This document shows, piece by piece, positions 50,700-64,000 of a DNA stretch of 64,000 nt. Location: positions 434,253 through 498,252 of the forward strand of contig MNCI01000673.1 of assembly GCA_015680685.1 (NCBI GenBank). Reading direction: 5' to 3'. Every line of letters starts with the position of its first letter. The stretch's first letter is position 1. The translations under genes and the position numbers were made by a program. This stretch comes from Gnetum montanum. Taxonomy: Eukaryota > Plantae > Gnetophyta. The notes beneath the pieces are model-generated. The model was not told the origin of the DNA and did not search any database. It worked only from the letters and a program-made list of their open reading frames with translations.

Positions 50700-53600
50700 T
50701 GACATCAAGCCAAAATGTACTAAGGGTTTATGACCCAAAAGATCTTGTTTTGGCTAAATGTAGAAAATCACTTAGGCTAAAGGGAAAAATCCTATATTTT
50801 GGCATCATTGATGAAAATTACTATAATTTCATCTATGTGAAAATTGATACTATCTTGCTCATCCCACATGTATAGGTTGAATCCAAACATTAGTATGAGT
50901 TAATCCACTATAATATGAAGGAGTACATTCCTTTCCTATACAAAATGATTCCCTTAAATGATGGCAACATGTGCATCCTATCTCATTTAATTGAGATGGA
51001 TGAACATGATGTGGAGTCAAGATTATATGATCATCATGAGGAGTAGGATGTTTTTGAGAAATAATTCAATCTTGAAAACTTCTTTGGAAGCCTCTTTCAA
51101 CACTTGACTTTCCAAGCCACCACACTGATCTCAACCTCTCTTACCTCCTCCATGAGGTAGGTCCCTAAATCATCTTCTCCCATCTACCCTACCATGTTTG
51201 GCCTATAACCTATCATAGTAGCCCACTAGGCATAATTGGTATTTCAAACAACTTCTATTATCTTTTCCATGCATTTCGTCACATAGCCTTGATTTGCATG
51301 GTCATTAGCAGTGGTCATAAGCATTGCTCATCTATTTTTCATTCCAATAGGTGCCATAATGGAAACTCAAGTGACCCAAGGGTCACATACATATTTTTTC
51401 CCCTTTGTACCATAACTTCTTACACAAATCTCATTTTCATTATTTAGTCTCCCTATAACAATGATTACCCAACATCTCCCCTCTATGATGTAATCCATTG
51501 TAAGGCTACAAACCTATCAACTTACATCATAGTCATTTTTCCAAATGCCACAACCCAAGAGGATGCCTCAATTCTTAGATCAAGTCTTTTAAATGATCCA
51601 AGACCTTATAGAGGAGTTATATAAGCTTAAAGTTTCAACAACTTAGATAGATAAAATAAAGGATTTATTTTAGGATGATCCTATCAGTTCTGCTATCCCA
51701 TAAATAACTCTTCAACCAGGCATTCCCATATCCTAGTTTATCAAGTATTATGGTGATGGTGACCCCAATGCTCACCTTATCATATTTTTCTCCAAGTGAT
51801 TATTATTATAGGCTTGGCCTCACACCATAATAAGAATATTTCCTATGTCTCTTACTAGGAAGGCATTAGACTAGTACCATGCATTGCCTCGAGGATCTAT
51901 ATCCTCACTAGAAGATTTGACATCATAATTTGTGAACTGTGTCAAGTACAACTTGAAACTGCTTTAGACCAACTAATGAAGATCAAACAAGGGTTCCTTG
52001 AACTAATTCAAAAGTTGATTCAAAGGTGGAATGCTCTACTTAACAAGATTCCTAAGCCCATAGCTAAAATCCACCTTCTATCCATATTAAAGGGGATGGT
52101 CAATGACTTTATCAAGTTAAAAAATTACTACCTAGACTTGTGGACAATCAATTAAGACTTCTTCCAACTATGAAAATAGAGGATGTTGTTGAGGCCAACC
52201 ATGACCTTGCCTATGTGGCATACAAGAACCAAAACACATGAAAGAATAAGGAGAAGAAGAGGTCAAACCATGTAGCCTTGGCCACTATGGCTACAGAAAT
52301 AAAAATCATATTGTGATCTTAAATGAATCAACCCACTATTCCTACCTTGAATGACCAATCATCAACATCCATAACCTTTAAATCAGGTAACACAAGGTCT
52401 AATTTTTAAAGAAAATATTGGTTAAAGTACACTAGGTTACCACTAAAACCTTCTAAACTCCTAGACTAGTTGCTAAAGAGTGGGAAGATCCAATACAAGA
52501 AAATGATAGAGAATTCCAATAAGAAGCATGATTGATTATGTGTGATTGTGAAGAATTCCACTATGATAACCAAGGATGGCTCACCCATGCCCAAGTACTT
52601 TAAACTTGACTAATTCTATCTCTATCATCAACTACCAAGTCATGATACCAACTTCTACCTAGCTCCTAAGGATGACTTATAGAAGATGATAGATAATGAT
52701 GAACTAGTTCTTGATGCTTCTAACCTAGTTAGGCCACAAAAATAATCCATGAAAGTTTATGAAGACCTATTGAATGCCAACAATAGCCCTTAAACCATAG
52801 CAACATTCAACGTAAGCAAAAATTCTAGAGCTACAATGGAGCCATTCATGATTTGGATACCTCTTGACAATGACAAGGACCCTTCAACATTGTCTAGTGT
52901 AAGGTCCCATTTTGTTGTAAGAATATCATCACCTACACCTCCCAAGTAACCTTTCATGGTTAGAGTGCTCCCTCCCACCACAACAAAACCAATAACTACA
53001 ACCAAACAATGTCCTCCCATGGTGGATAATGCAACAACTTCTTCATTAACCAACAATAATAAGAAATCATCAACTAAATAATCTAAGAATTCTATGCCAA
53101 AGCTCAAAAATAAAGACATCAAGTAGCCCAAAGAATGAAAGAAGGTAGGCCCACCAAAGCCCACTCCTATGTCATCCATCCTTATGAGCTCTAACACTCA
53201 AGCTACTTCAACCAATTAACCAAGGGAGGATCATAAGCCATATGGGAAGGGAAAAGTAGACAAGCCACAACCATTGATGTAAGAAGTTCAAACCTAGGAT
53301 GGATGGATGAAGTTAAAGTGAATAAGAACAAGAAGCCAACAACCAATGAAAAAGACTTACTTAATGGAATGGAATAGGTTAAGAAATCTTTGAAACAAAA
53401 GAACACTTTTCTTAGCCTATATGACCTAGTAATGATCTTTGCTAGTCACCATGAGGCACTAGTGAAAATGTTGACTTCTATTCTTATTAGTGAGGACATC
53501 CGTACTAGTGAAGAGTCCATTCATGCAGTGATTGTACCACCTTCACCAAGCAAAGAAACAAAGTCAATGGCACTAGTGTTCTATGATAGTAAGATTAAGA

Positions 53601-54274
53601 CCAAACCCCAAGATGGCAAGAAAACCAAGGTTCCTCTTTTCATAACAATAAAAATGATGCAATACAAGGTACATAGGGTGCATGTGGATAATTTGATGGC
53701 CACTAATGTTATATCCTATACCATTTCTGAATGTTTGGACTTACCAGAACACATGCAGCATACTTCAACTTCCACTATCAAGTCCTTTAATGTATGTCAG
53801 GTTATAGTTAAAGGCCCAATATCTTTGGACTTGGTGGCTAAGGAATAATTCCCCACAACAACCAATTTCTTAGTAGTGGAAGAGACACTAGGATTTAATC
53901 TCATCTTAGGGAGGCCTTGGCTATCTTAATTACAAGTTGCTACCTTATTCATCCATCAAGAAATTCACCTACCTTACAAGGAAGGTGATATAATTATCCA
54001 TGACAATAGTGTAGTTTCCTTGGTGGTCAACAATGTTGACATAGAACAAGGATCTAAAGTGAAATTTCATGAAGAAACTCCTACTATTAATGATAAATTT
54101 GAAGAGCTCAATAAAGTAGGAAAGCTAAAAAAACCAAAATAAAACCATGGATGCACCATGAGAAGAGTTTCCTTCAGTGTGGTTATTGAAAGAAATAGGG
54201 AATACAAGATCATGTAAGATGGATCCTACATCTTTCCTAAAATTTAAAACATTAAGAAACACTTGCATGATTGA
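50700..54274 (+). pseudogene. gag: gag-protease of C (heavily decayed)
   Basis: KYYGDGDPNAHL, WPHTIIRIFPMSLTRKALD, ORF 53390-53848 (SLYDLV..HRVHVDN..ATNVI), FNLILGRPWL; ends IKKHLHD-TGA. Confidence 0.88.
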
Positions 54275-55039
54275 ACAGATGTTTCCTATTCACTTTCCTT
54301 ATGACCATAACAATATGGCCTTTTATTTTTTTATCATAGTCTAATTTAACCCTATTTACACATGCCATTATTGAATTACTTTATTTTACCTCGGTTTAGC
54401 CATATTTATCATGTAACATATAATTTACCTTTATTTATAGTTTACATTTTTATGCCTTGTCTATAAAAATTTGTAAAAACATAAGACTTACAAAAAATTT
54501 CTTCTTTTAACATAATGGCTCCACTAAAACCTAAGAATAGCAAAATGAGTGGCTCACCCTGGCCTAAACCTGACATCCTATGGCCCACCAAGGCATAAAA
54601 CTAGCATCACTTTCACAAGCTATTTATAGGCACTATGCTATAGTTTACACTTTTGGTGACCTAATCAATTTGAATTTACTTTATCAAATTTTAGCATTAC
54701 AACCACATGATTTAATGAACATAGCCTCATAACATGAACAAAACATGAAACACATAAGATGCATAAAATTAAAAATGCTAGAATACATAAATAAAATTAA
54801 AATTTTATAATAAATATGATAGCCAAAATTTTCATAACCAGTAGCCATGATCACATAGTATGACAAAAGTCTAATAAAAAACATCATATAAAAATAACAA
54901 AAGTTCAACAACCATAGCTACACTATGTAGCCATAACATAAAAATATATATAATAACAATCTTAAAAGTAAGAAATGGTTAAGACTAGTCATAATATCAT
55001 AAGAGCAACAATGAAAAAATAACTAAATGCATGATCAAA

Positions 55040-58000
55040 TAGATGGAACTAGGATGCAAGTAGAGGTAGAGGAAGAGCATCTCTAAAATTTTCACTAGTG
55101 GGGCTACTTTTATCACTTGGTACATATATCAATAAAATAAATGTATCATCAATAATCAATGCAATAAGAAATTAAACTAAATCACAAATTAAACCAAACT
55201 AAAACATAATAAAATAAAATAAATTAGTTAAGAATATAAATAAACATGGGATGATTCTAGAGCAATATCCTATAAGGGGAAGCTTTGAAGACCAACCTCT
55301 AAAGGATGAAGAATTTGGCCTTTGGTCATATTAGTCTAAAATACTTCCCCAAGATGTTGCTTTCATTAACATTAGTACATGTTGGTGGCTCTCCTAAAAC
55401 TATATTAGTAGTCACCTCCTGAGAAGTATTAGTCACCTAAGGAGTTGATAAATTAGCTACCACCAAAGAGTGTTCAAACAACTTAAAAGCATCTTTAGCA
55501 TTGATTCCCCTCATGAACAATTCTAGCTTGCACCTCTTAATCGACTCCTCCTGTAGCCACTTTAGGTAGCTTTTCCATTTGGCCTTATATTTTTTATTAT
55601 GGTTGTTTTATGCCTGGCCTCACTTAAGGACTCAAGCACAATAGTTCCTCCACTTCCTAGCCTTACTGGCAAACAAGTCCATCTATAGCTTCTACTTCAC
55701 AAGATCACTTACAAGAGCATCCTTACCCTAGATAGCATTTTAATACCACATCTATTCAATCTCTTTTGGTTTTCAAGGAGTCCTTCTTAGCCACATGGGC
55801 TTCTACAAACTCTATACGATCTTTGAAATCTCTAATTACCTAAGCCTCTTTCTTATTTTTCCCCTCCAATGCTACAACTCATTCCGATAGGAACTAATTG
55901 GAACGTTGGAATTTCCATGAGGTTCTATCACATGAAAGTGCACATTTAGTGGTACTTTCATATAGCATTCATAAAATATTTTCCACTTCAAGTGGTAGGT
56001 TGGGAAGTTCATCAATCTCAACATCATGGTTGGAATCCCATCAAACCTTTGACACTATAAGCAATAGAGCAAACATAAACACATAAGACCATGTAAACAA
56101 CAAATAAAAAAATGATAAAAAACACCTTAAATCATTAAGATCATATAATCAGAAAATCCATATGAAACAAAAAAAGTAATAAAAATAATTAAAAATAAAA
56201 TAATCTAATATTATTCTAAACTTTAGGAGTAATCTATTAAAACCAATCAATCATGTCTTTGGCTAGTCTTCACATGAACTCCATTTTGTCTAGAACCTCT
56301 ATCCCTGGTTTAATGTAAAATGTAGATGTGGAAGCACTTGGTTAAGGTTTAGAAGCTACAACAAGCATGACCATAGTTTAACAATTAAAACCAAATTCAA
56401 CCATAAAACTATAATATGCGATATTTAAAACATAATTTAGAAGTACTTGTAACATCATCCAAGATGATAATGGAAGGTTCACCTAGCTGTGAAGCATTAA
56501 ATATACCATTGAGGTCATCCAATGTGGCATTAGATAGCCCCTCATTATCATGTCATTGTAATGCCCCCTCCTTTAGGTGCTTCTATTCAACCTCTACTTA
56601 TACTACTTAGGTTGCCAATTCTTATTGTTTACCTATAAGAACAAGAAAGACAAAACATAGAACCACCTAGCATATTTTTCCTAAAACAAAACAATAGCAT
56701 AACCATATAACATGAAACATAAATACCAAATGAAGTAAAACAAAAAAAACAGAAATGAAACATAATTGCTTAATGATAAACAACTTTGGCAAATAACTCC
56801 TTGGCCTTTTAAACATTTTCCATAGGTAACTTGGGGTTCCATCCCCATGATATTAGGGGAAGAACAATGCATACCACTACAATGCTTAGTGGTAATAGAT
56901 AGTAATTTTCCAACATCCTCTAGTGGGTTCTAAGCTTGCATGGTTGAAAAAACATGTTTCACCTAAGGCTTAGAAAGTTTGGATTACACATCATCCATCC
57001 TTCTACACCACTAAGAAATCCATAAACCTTTTGCGATATGTCATAAAAAATGACAAGAACATGTGGCATATCATTTTTATGTTCTCTTAGAGTTTTAAGG
57101 ATCTCCCATAATAGCCTAGAAACCAATTGAGTAGCTTAGCTGAATTGAGCACCCTCAATAAGGACTTTTTTCATGATCTATTTCTATTGAATTTCTAGAA
57201 CCTTATTTTTTGACAACTTTGGAAATGCCTAGGACTGGAGCAATGGACACATATTGTTTACCTCTATGACTTGGAAGTCATGTAGAGTTAATCTAGAGTG
57301 GTGGTGATGAGCATTTAGCCACTCTTCCACTTCCTTTTGGTGGTCTAGCTCTTTCCCTAGTTTTGTGGTAATCTACACCTCCTCATAAGGGATGCCAAAG
57401 ATATTACTAAAGGTAGATTCATTGATGAACAATGTGATAGGCACACCATGAACTTGAGTGAAAAATTTCTTTAATTCTTTGTCAAAGAAGTCAATGACAT
57501 TTACCATCTCAGGAGTAGTGATGATTGGGATAGGAGCCATGAAAAAGCTAAGTAATCCTGCATTGGAGATCCTTGCTTGGATCTTCTTGGATGCTTGGCT
57601 ATCCAATCAATGATGCCCTACATTCACCTTGTTAAACATAAGGATGTGTATCTCCTTAGCACATCCTAAAGTAATCATAGCTATGGCGAATGATGGTGCA
57701 ACCCCTAAATTATAATAAAAACAACCCATTAGCTTTGGCATAGGCACATCATACAAAACTAAAAAAATTGAAAAATTAAAAAAAAATGTAACAAACTTAA
57801 AAAATAAAAAACAACGCATGTAGCCACACTAATAAAACCAATTAAACAATTGAAACCTAAATAGCCTAGAAACCATGTAACTAGAAAACATTGGCATGAT
57901 AACTAAAAAATAAAACATAATATTTCTTACTTTGTTTAGTAGAGAAAGGTAGCATGGGAACCCTAAGGGGTATACATGTATGTGCACCAAAATAGGGACA

Positions 58001-58770
58001 TGCGAAAAAATATTTCTTGTTTCATTAGCTAGACATTTGTGATAGGCCTAGGAATAGTATGAAGTATACCTACCAAAGTCATCCTTGAGTTGCTCAATCA
58101 CTACGAGCCTCACTACTTAGCTCTTGGAAAAGACATCCAATGCTATTTAGGCTAAGGGTAAGAAGTAGTTACTCTTGATCAACCCATGGTCATCTACCCT
58201 ATACCTACAAGCATTTAAACTCAAAAAAAAAAATTTTGTTAAACCCAGGTAGCCTAATGAAACCAACTAGTAAAATGGAAAAACATAAAATTATGCTTAC
58301 CCTTCCATGTGGTAGACAATACAAGAAGGGTTCTGAAATAAGGTGTTAACATGGTGATTAACTAGTAACATGTTGTTAGTGTTGTACTAGATGAATTTGG
58401 GAATATCATAGCTTTTGGAAAACTTACGTGTCCCTCTAGTACATATGCTATTGAAATGTTCACCCTGAACATGAGTCTTAAGATTGTCAACTATGAATTT
58501 GATGATCAAGTTGGTAGAATGGAGTAGTAAGGTCTTTACAATGATGACCACTATATGAGATGCCAAGTGTGACCATACCATCACATTAAAATTCTATAGT
58601 AGCAAGGTCAACAATTATTTTTCCCCTATCCTAATCCAAAGGAAGTCCTGATCCAACATATTAGCATGTGGGATGTTGGACTCTAGTTTGTGGTGCAACA
58701 TAGAAGCCTAACAAGCTTGATCACCACCAAGATGGGCTCAAGAAGGCCATGCACAACGTAATCATAACCA
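55040..58770 (-). pseudogene. Antisense cargo gene of C
   Basis: ORF 58387-58584 (VMVWSHL...) and downstream NNMLLVNHH..FQNP match B exon 2; ORF 57373-57606 matches B exon 4; EVLDKMEFM and WDSN match exons 6-7; donors at 58300 and 57930 and acceptor at 58205 at homologous positions; first exon not located. Confidence 0.8.
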
Positions 58771-60475
58771 TCAAAACCTTATATGATCATGAAGAAAATT
58801 TTAACCATTAAGAAAATAAAAATAAGCATAATATCAATGTTTCTACACAATGAAATTCATAATTTTCAACCCTTATAACTAAAGAAAAACTTAACCAAAA
58901 AATTAAATAAAAAGACCAAGTGACACATTAACATAGACGACAATCTCATGGAAAAAATATACATAAAAGTTATAGAAATTTTATGTAAAAAATTAAAACC
59001 ATGATAATTGGTTTATATTGAATTCTAACCTATAACAATAGTTATAAGATCCCAACTTGAATTTAACAAAATTGTAACTAGAAGTCCTAGTTTAAAGTGA
59101 AATTAGTAGTAGTAAAGAATTTAGGGGGACTTGTTAAAAATTTTGAAAAATTCTAATAACTATTGAAAATAAAAATAAAACATGTGCATGAACTTGGGGG
59201 TTTTGATATTGCCACAACAAAATACTAGAAATAGAGAAATAGACCAATACTACTCATACAACTTAGGGGGTTTAAAGTTCTAATAGTTAAAACTACAACT
59301 GTATACGGTAGTTATACAACAACAAGAAATGACAATTTTGCACTAATTTTTTTTCTAAAGTCTAATTAATGTGCATACACAAAATCTAATAATATTTTAT
59401 ATCAACCATATACTATGAGGGCTAGAAAAATTTCACACAACAACCTAAAACCACTTCCAAATATTGTAAAAAGCCCATATTGTAAAAAATGGCTATAATA
59501 AATGACTAAGAAATAATATCAAAATTTTTTTAAATGTTCAAAACTAGTGTCAAACTACACCACATGACCCTAAGAATCCCTAGAAACTTGGGAGTTTGGC
59601 AAAATAAATTCTTTACAATGTCAATGTTGTTAGCTTTGAGGTGGCAAACACAATAAAAACCCAAAATTTTACTGTGCACTGACCTATGGAAAATTTCATG
59701 AAAAATTAGCCATAGGCCAAAATTCAATGATCCTAGAATTATTTAAACCAATAAATAGTGGGAAAAAATCCTATGATCCTAGAAACCAAAAATTCCATGT
59801 CATTGTTTGATAAAAAATACAAAAGTAGCGTTGCTTTTTCAAAGAAAATAGCAAAAATGCATTAAACAAGGCATGAGAAAAATTCATAACTTAACATGAT
59901 CAAGAAATAATACCAAAATAATGTAGTGAAAACTTAACCATATCCCAAATACAATGTTTGAACCACCCAAATCTAAAATCCATGTAATATACATGCCAAG
60001 CCAAGAGAAAATGGTTAGGTTTCAAGTAAGAATTCACAAAAAATGGCTAAGAATGGTGTATTTGGCAGTCATGATGGAGAATCCTTCTCCTTGTAGAGGT
60101 CATGATAGACTTGAAAGCCTTGTGGTAGTAGTTTCTACCTCCTCCAAAGATATATTTTTTCCTATAGTCATCCTTCTCTTAAGCATCTTCATTCAACAAT
60201 GCAAGAAATCATCAATATTCTTCAATCTACTTCTAACTACATTTCTCATTAAGGTAGAATGACCAAGAAACACTAGGGATGGGCAAGGATTGAATCTAGA
60301 ATTAATGAAGAAGCTTAGATTCTATATTTTTCCTACTAGGGATGGGCTAGAAAATTTAGTTTTAGTAAAATTGTAATCTGAAGATTACTCCTAGATTTAT
60401 GCGTTAATGATCAAAACCCCATTCTCAGAACATCCACACAACACCCACATAACTCCATGTTAATAATTAAAAGGT

Positions 60476-63400
60476 TGAAACTATTATGGGTTAGTAGAAA
60501 AATTAATCTTTAAAAATAATTTAAATTTGGTGGACCCCATTGGGAACCTCGCACATAAATAATTGAAAATCCTAAAATACTAGGATTTTTGCATTTTGAC
60601 AAGAACTACGCCAAAATTAAGTTCCTATAAAGCCTTGGAATGGATTCTAAGCTTCAACCACTACCAAGCCTTACCTCCTAGCTACCCGTCCATATACATT
60701 AAAGACAAAAACCATAACACCAAAATTGGAAACTAGAGATTAACACATTGGAAGATACCAATCATCGGAGAAAGTTAAAACCCATAACAAAATCGTCTAT
60801 TTTGGGTAACTACATTAACCATCATACTATCTATGTTGGCTATCATAGTTCCAAGGGGAATGGGAGTTCCAAACATCAACCAAACTTTCAATAAACTCCA
60901 AAATGGTCACTTCAAGCTCTAAACCCTAGCCAAAGCCTGATGTAGCTTTGGAGCCTTCTAAAACCCAACAAGAAGTGTCAAAAACCACTTGTCATGGGTG
61001 AACCAATTTTGGAGGAATTCCAACCATGCTAGCTAGCATGGTTAGGAGGGGTTTGGCCATCATATTCTATAAATAGTATTCAAATTTGAATTTCTTAATA
61101 TTTACACCTCATTGGAGACTCTATTCATTAGAGACTCCAGTCATCCTAAAATGTTAAATAACCAAAAACAACCAATCAAAACCCCACCCTAACCTTGGAA
61201 CCATGCTAGGAGGCATCCTAAACACATTGGCCAACATGGTACTATAATTTTTGGTTGAATTTTCACCATTAAATACCAAAAATAACCTTCAAAATGACAT
61301 ATGCCTACCTTCACACCTTTCTCAAGTTTTCAACAACCCTAAAACTTCAAATAATTGAGTAAAAATGAGTGAAAAAAATACTCCAACCTTGGAGCCATGG
61401 TGAGTAGGCCTAGGACTATGCTAATTAGCATAGTCCTACCATGGAACCTTCATGAAAAATTAAAAATAGATCATAAATAACCAAAATTGACATTTGGATG
61501 CTTCATCCTAACCCTAGAATCTTAACAAAGCATGCAAAGATCATCAAATCTTAAATTTTATTATATCCATCCCATCGATGTTGGGACTACACTGGCTCAT
61601 GTCGTTTATGGGGATGGATGTATTAAGGCTAAAACAACTTACAATGTCAATAATTTCAAGCCTAAACCATGGCAATGAATACTAGCAACCCTATGAACTT
61701 GAAAAATTGGTTAATTCATCATCAAAATGTATAAAAAACCAAGAATCAAGTGTAACTACATTGGAAAAAGCTACAACCATGTTGGCGAGCATGGCTCTAG
61801 CATAGTTGAGTTTTGAGAATAGTTTCACTAGCACTACGACACTCTAGATGACCTAAAACCTGATTGGGGAAACCTAGAACCTTAAAATCATAGAGCTAGC
61901 TACAATATGATCATTTTCTATCCATGAAAATATCATGTTCTATCCATTAATACTGAGGTTACCCCAACTACATTGGCCAATGTAGTCTAGGGGGGATGGT
62001 TTCAAATCTCACTAACAAAAGCTCTTTTTTACCTTCAAATGATTAATTCATAACCCTAATATCCCTATGCTACCTTAGGAAGCCAGAAAAATATAAATTT
62101 TGACCATGGGATGAAAAAATCCATTTTTCTCAAGGAACCACACTAAGGCCATATTGGCTAGTGTAGTCCTAGTGAAACACCACTAGAAACACATGTTGTA
62201 AGCTTCTTATTGGCCATGTAATCCCCATACAATTAAACCCAAGGCTAAGCTTCATTGTAAATGTGAAGATTGGAATCCAGATGGTGTAATCTCACATACT
62301 TTATACTTTTAGGGCTAAAAAATGCCTCATAAGTAGTTAAACCCTCATCCCCTAAGTGAAAAAATCCATTTGATATTTATATTTGGGCTTGGGGGATTAA
62401 AAATGACTTTTGGGATGCAAAAATTAACATTTTGATGGGTTTTATGAAGGGTATAACATTTTCCATGCTAGAGATACTTGTTGGGGGGGGGCGGGAGGGG
62501 GGAAAGCAGAGGGGGTGACCTGCTTACCCTCAGTGTTTAGGGTTAAAACACCAACCATGATCACAATGGGGAGGTATAACCCTTACCCCAACTTTGCCAT
62601 TGCATCCTCCCAACTTTGACATTGCATTCCCCCAATGCAAATGTAGCATGGTCCAAGATTCTAGCATTGCACCAACTCCAACAAAGATCCTATATATGAA
62701 TGTTGTTCTTGGAAGGTTGAATGTGGGTGGAAGAAGCCAAAAAGGGTGAAATTTCCATTTATTATTTTTAGTAAATGGAATGGCTTTGATGCTATGGGGG
62801 TATAACACTTATCATCCATAGTAACACTAGATTTTAACACCCAACACACCTACATGTAGCTATAATTTTGTATAATTTGTAGCTAAATTTATGGCCAAAT
62901 TTGCAACGATTAACTAGAATTTGCAACACTTATAAAACATAATTTGTAGCCAAATTTATAACCCAAACCCTATAAAACCCAAGCACCAAGACCATGAAAG
63001 GGTTACAAACTTATATATTTTCAAACATTTTGTTACATTTGAGAGCTTTGAGCACACAAAGAGCTTCTTAAATCCCCACCATGTAACCCATAGCCATTGT
63101 TATTCCTATTATTCCCCTTTGAGATCAATGAGATTATGGTATTAATGATGAGCTCCTAGGAACCCAAACTCCTAATGTTTCTCACTTTTTGATCCAAATC
63201 CCTCACACCTCCTATCCCTCCTACATCAACAATATAGTAGATCTAGTGCAACAAAAACCAAGGTTTGAAAGCATTGGGAGTGGTAGAACCTCTAGATCAT
63301 AGAGTTGATTGTAGTAGTTTCAACGAATTCTAAACCCCCACCCAAGTGAACTCTCCTAATCTCTTCTTAAGTGAAATTTTATACATATTTTTGGACTTTT

Positions 63401-63669
63401 CCTTTACTTTTGAATAAACCTTACAATTCCATTTGTGTGCAATTTATATTTATTTTTTCTTATTCTTGGTCCATTTATTATCAGATATACATTTTATATT
63501 TTCATCTTTGTTATTCCATTTTGACCTCTTTAAGTTCCTGGGTGATCTACCAAACTATCCAAGGCACCTCAAATCCTACTTTTTGCCAAGGCCCTTGGGA
63601 TCTTGGCTTAAAGCTATTATGCTAGAAATTTCCTGGTTTCTCCAACAACTGAGATTTTTACTCGTTATA
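60476..63669 (+). repeat. Probable 5' LTR of element F (same family); left boundary uncertain
   Basis: 63530-63669 homologous to the U5 ends of the B and C LTRs (TAAGTTCCTGGGTGATC...CGTTATA); followed by spacer GTTTTC and PBS. Confidence 0.5.
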
Positions 63670-63675
63670 GTTTTC

Positions 63676-63690
63676 TAGCACTAGAAAGAG
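63676..63690 (+). promoter_or_regulatory. PBS of F (decayed tRNA-Asn type)
   Basis: TAGCACTAGAAAGAG after the same 6-nt GTTTTC spacer as in A and B. Confidence 0.6.
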
Positions 63691-63849
63691 TACCTTCACT
63701 CAAATTCTACATCTAAACATGTTTCTTGTGCATCAACATTAGTTGTAACTACAAAATTTTGAAGTCTAAAAAATATTTTATGCACATTTTGTTAACCCCA
63801 CTTTTGGCTACCACAACCAACACTATAATTCATCCACCACTACCACAAT

Positions 63850-64000
63850 AATGTCTTTCAAAAAGTAGACTATCCTCTTCATTGAATTCACTAACAATGG
63901 ATCCAACTAGTAAGCTATGAAGATATGTGACCCCAAATACCATGCTATGATTGAGTGTAGGTAATCCTTGAGGCTTAGGGGGTGAAGCCCTGAGTTCTCA
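63850..64000 (+). pseudogene. Start of gag region of F (runs off window)
   Basis: ICDPKYHAMIECR*SLRLRG resembles C VYDPKDLVLAKCRKSLRLKG (50720-50785). Confidence 0.5.

Larger units (their letters stand above)
49646..60470 (+). mobile_element. Element C: older, diverged member of the A/B family (partial 5' LTR to 49963, PBS, gag-PR, antisense cargo gene; pol not in window)
   Basis: U5 homologous to the A/B LTR ends; same gene order as B in the opposite orientation; boundaries approximate. Confidence 0.82.

Noticed and set aside
8978-62990. Inverted homologous segments as terminal inverted repeats of one giant DNA transposon
   Set aside because: They are diverged, lack defined termini or a TSD, and the right copy lies within an LTR-like region followed by a PBS.

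Overview
Plant (probably seed-plant) heterochromatin made almost entirely of nested, decayed Ty3/gypsy LTR retrotransposons; no intact host gene (only a 147-bp LRR receptor-like pseudogene fragment at the left edge). Two superfamilies are present. (i) Two old Athila-like elements (E ~9.8-19.6 kb; D 19.6-49.6 kb; minus strand; tRNA-Asp-type PBS; post-pol ORF2). (ii) Four members of a Tat/Ogre-like family with a tRNA-Asn-type PBS: A (148-8977, truncated), B (21438-39284, full length, two LTRs, GCTAT target-site duplication), C (~49.65-60.5 kb, plus strand) and F (LTR, PBS and gag start at the right edge). The most notable feature is this family's architecture. gag-protease and RT-RH-aRH-INT are separated by ~5.8 kb, and that spacer holds an antisense, ~8-exon gene (~1,050-1,100 aa reconstructed). 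The protein has an FCP1/NIF-type HAD phosphatase-like domain with degenerate catalytic motifs, a plant-transposon helical domain, a coiled coil and an acidic tail. Homologous exons and intron positions are found in three diverged copies (A, B, C). All copies are now pseudogenised, mainly by C>T/G>A changes. Domain calls come from manual translation and motif recognition, not database searches.
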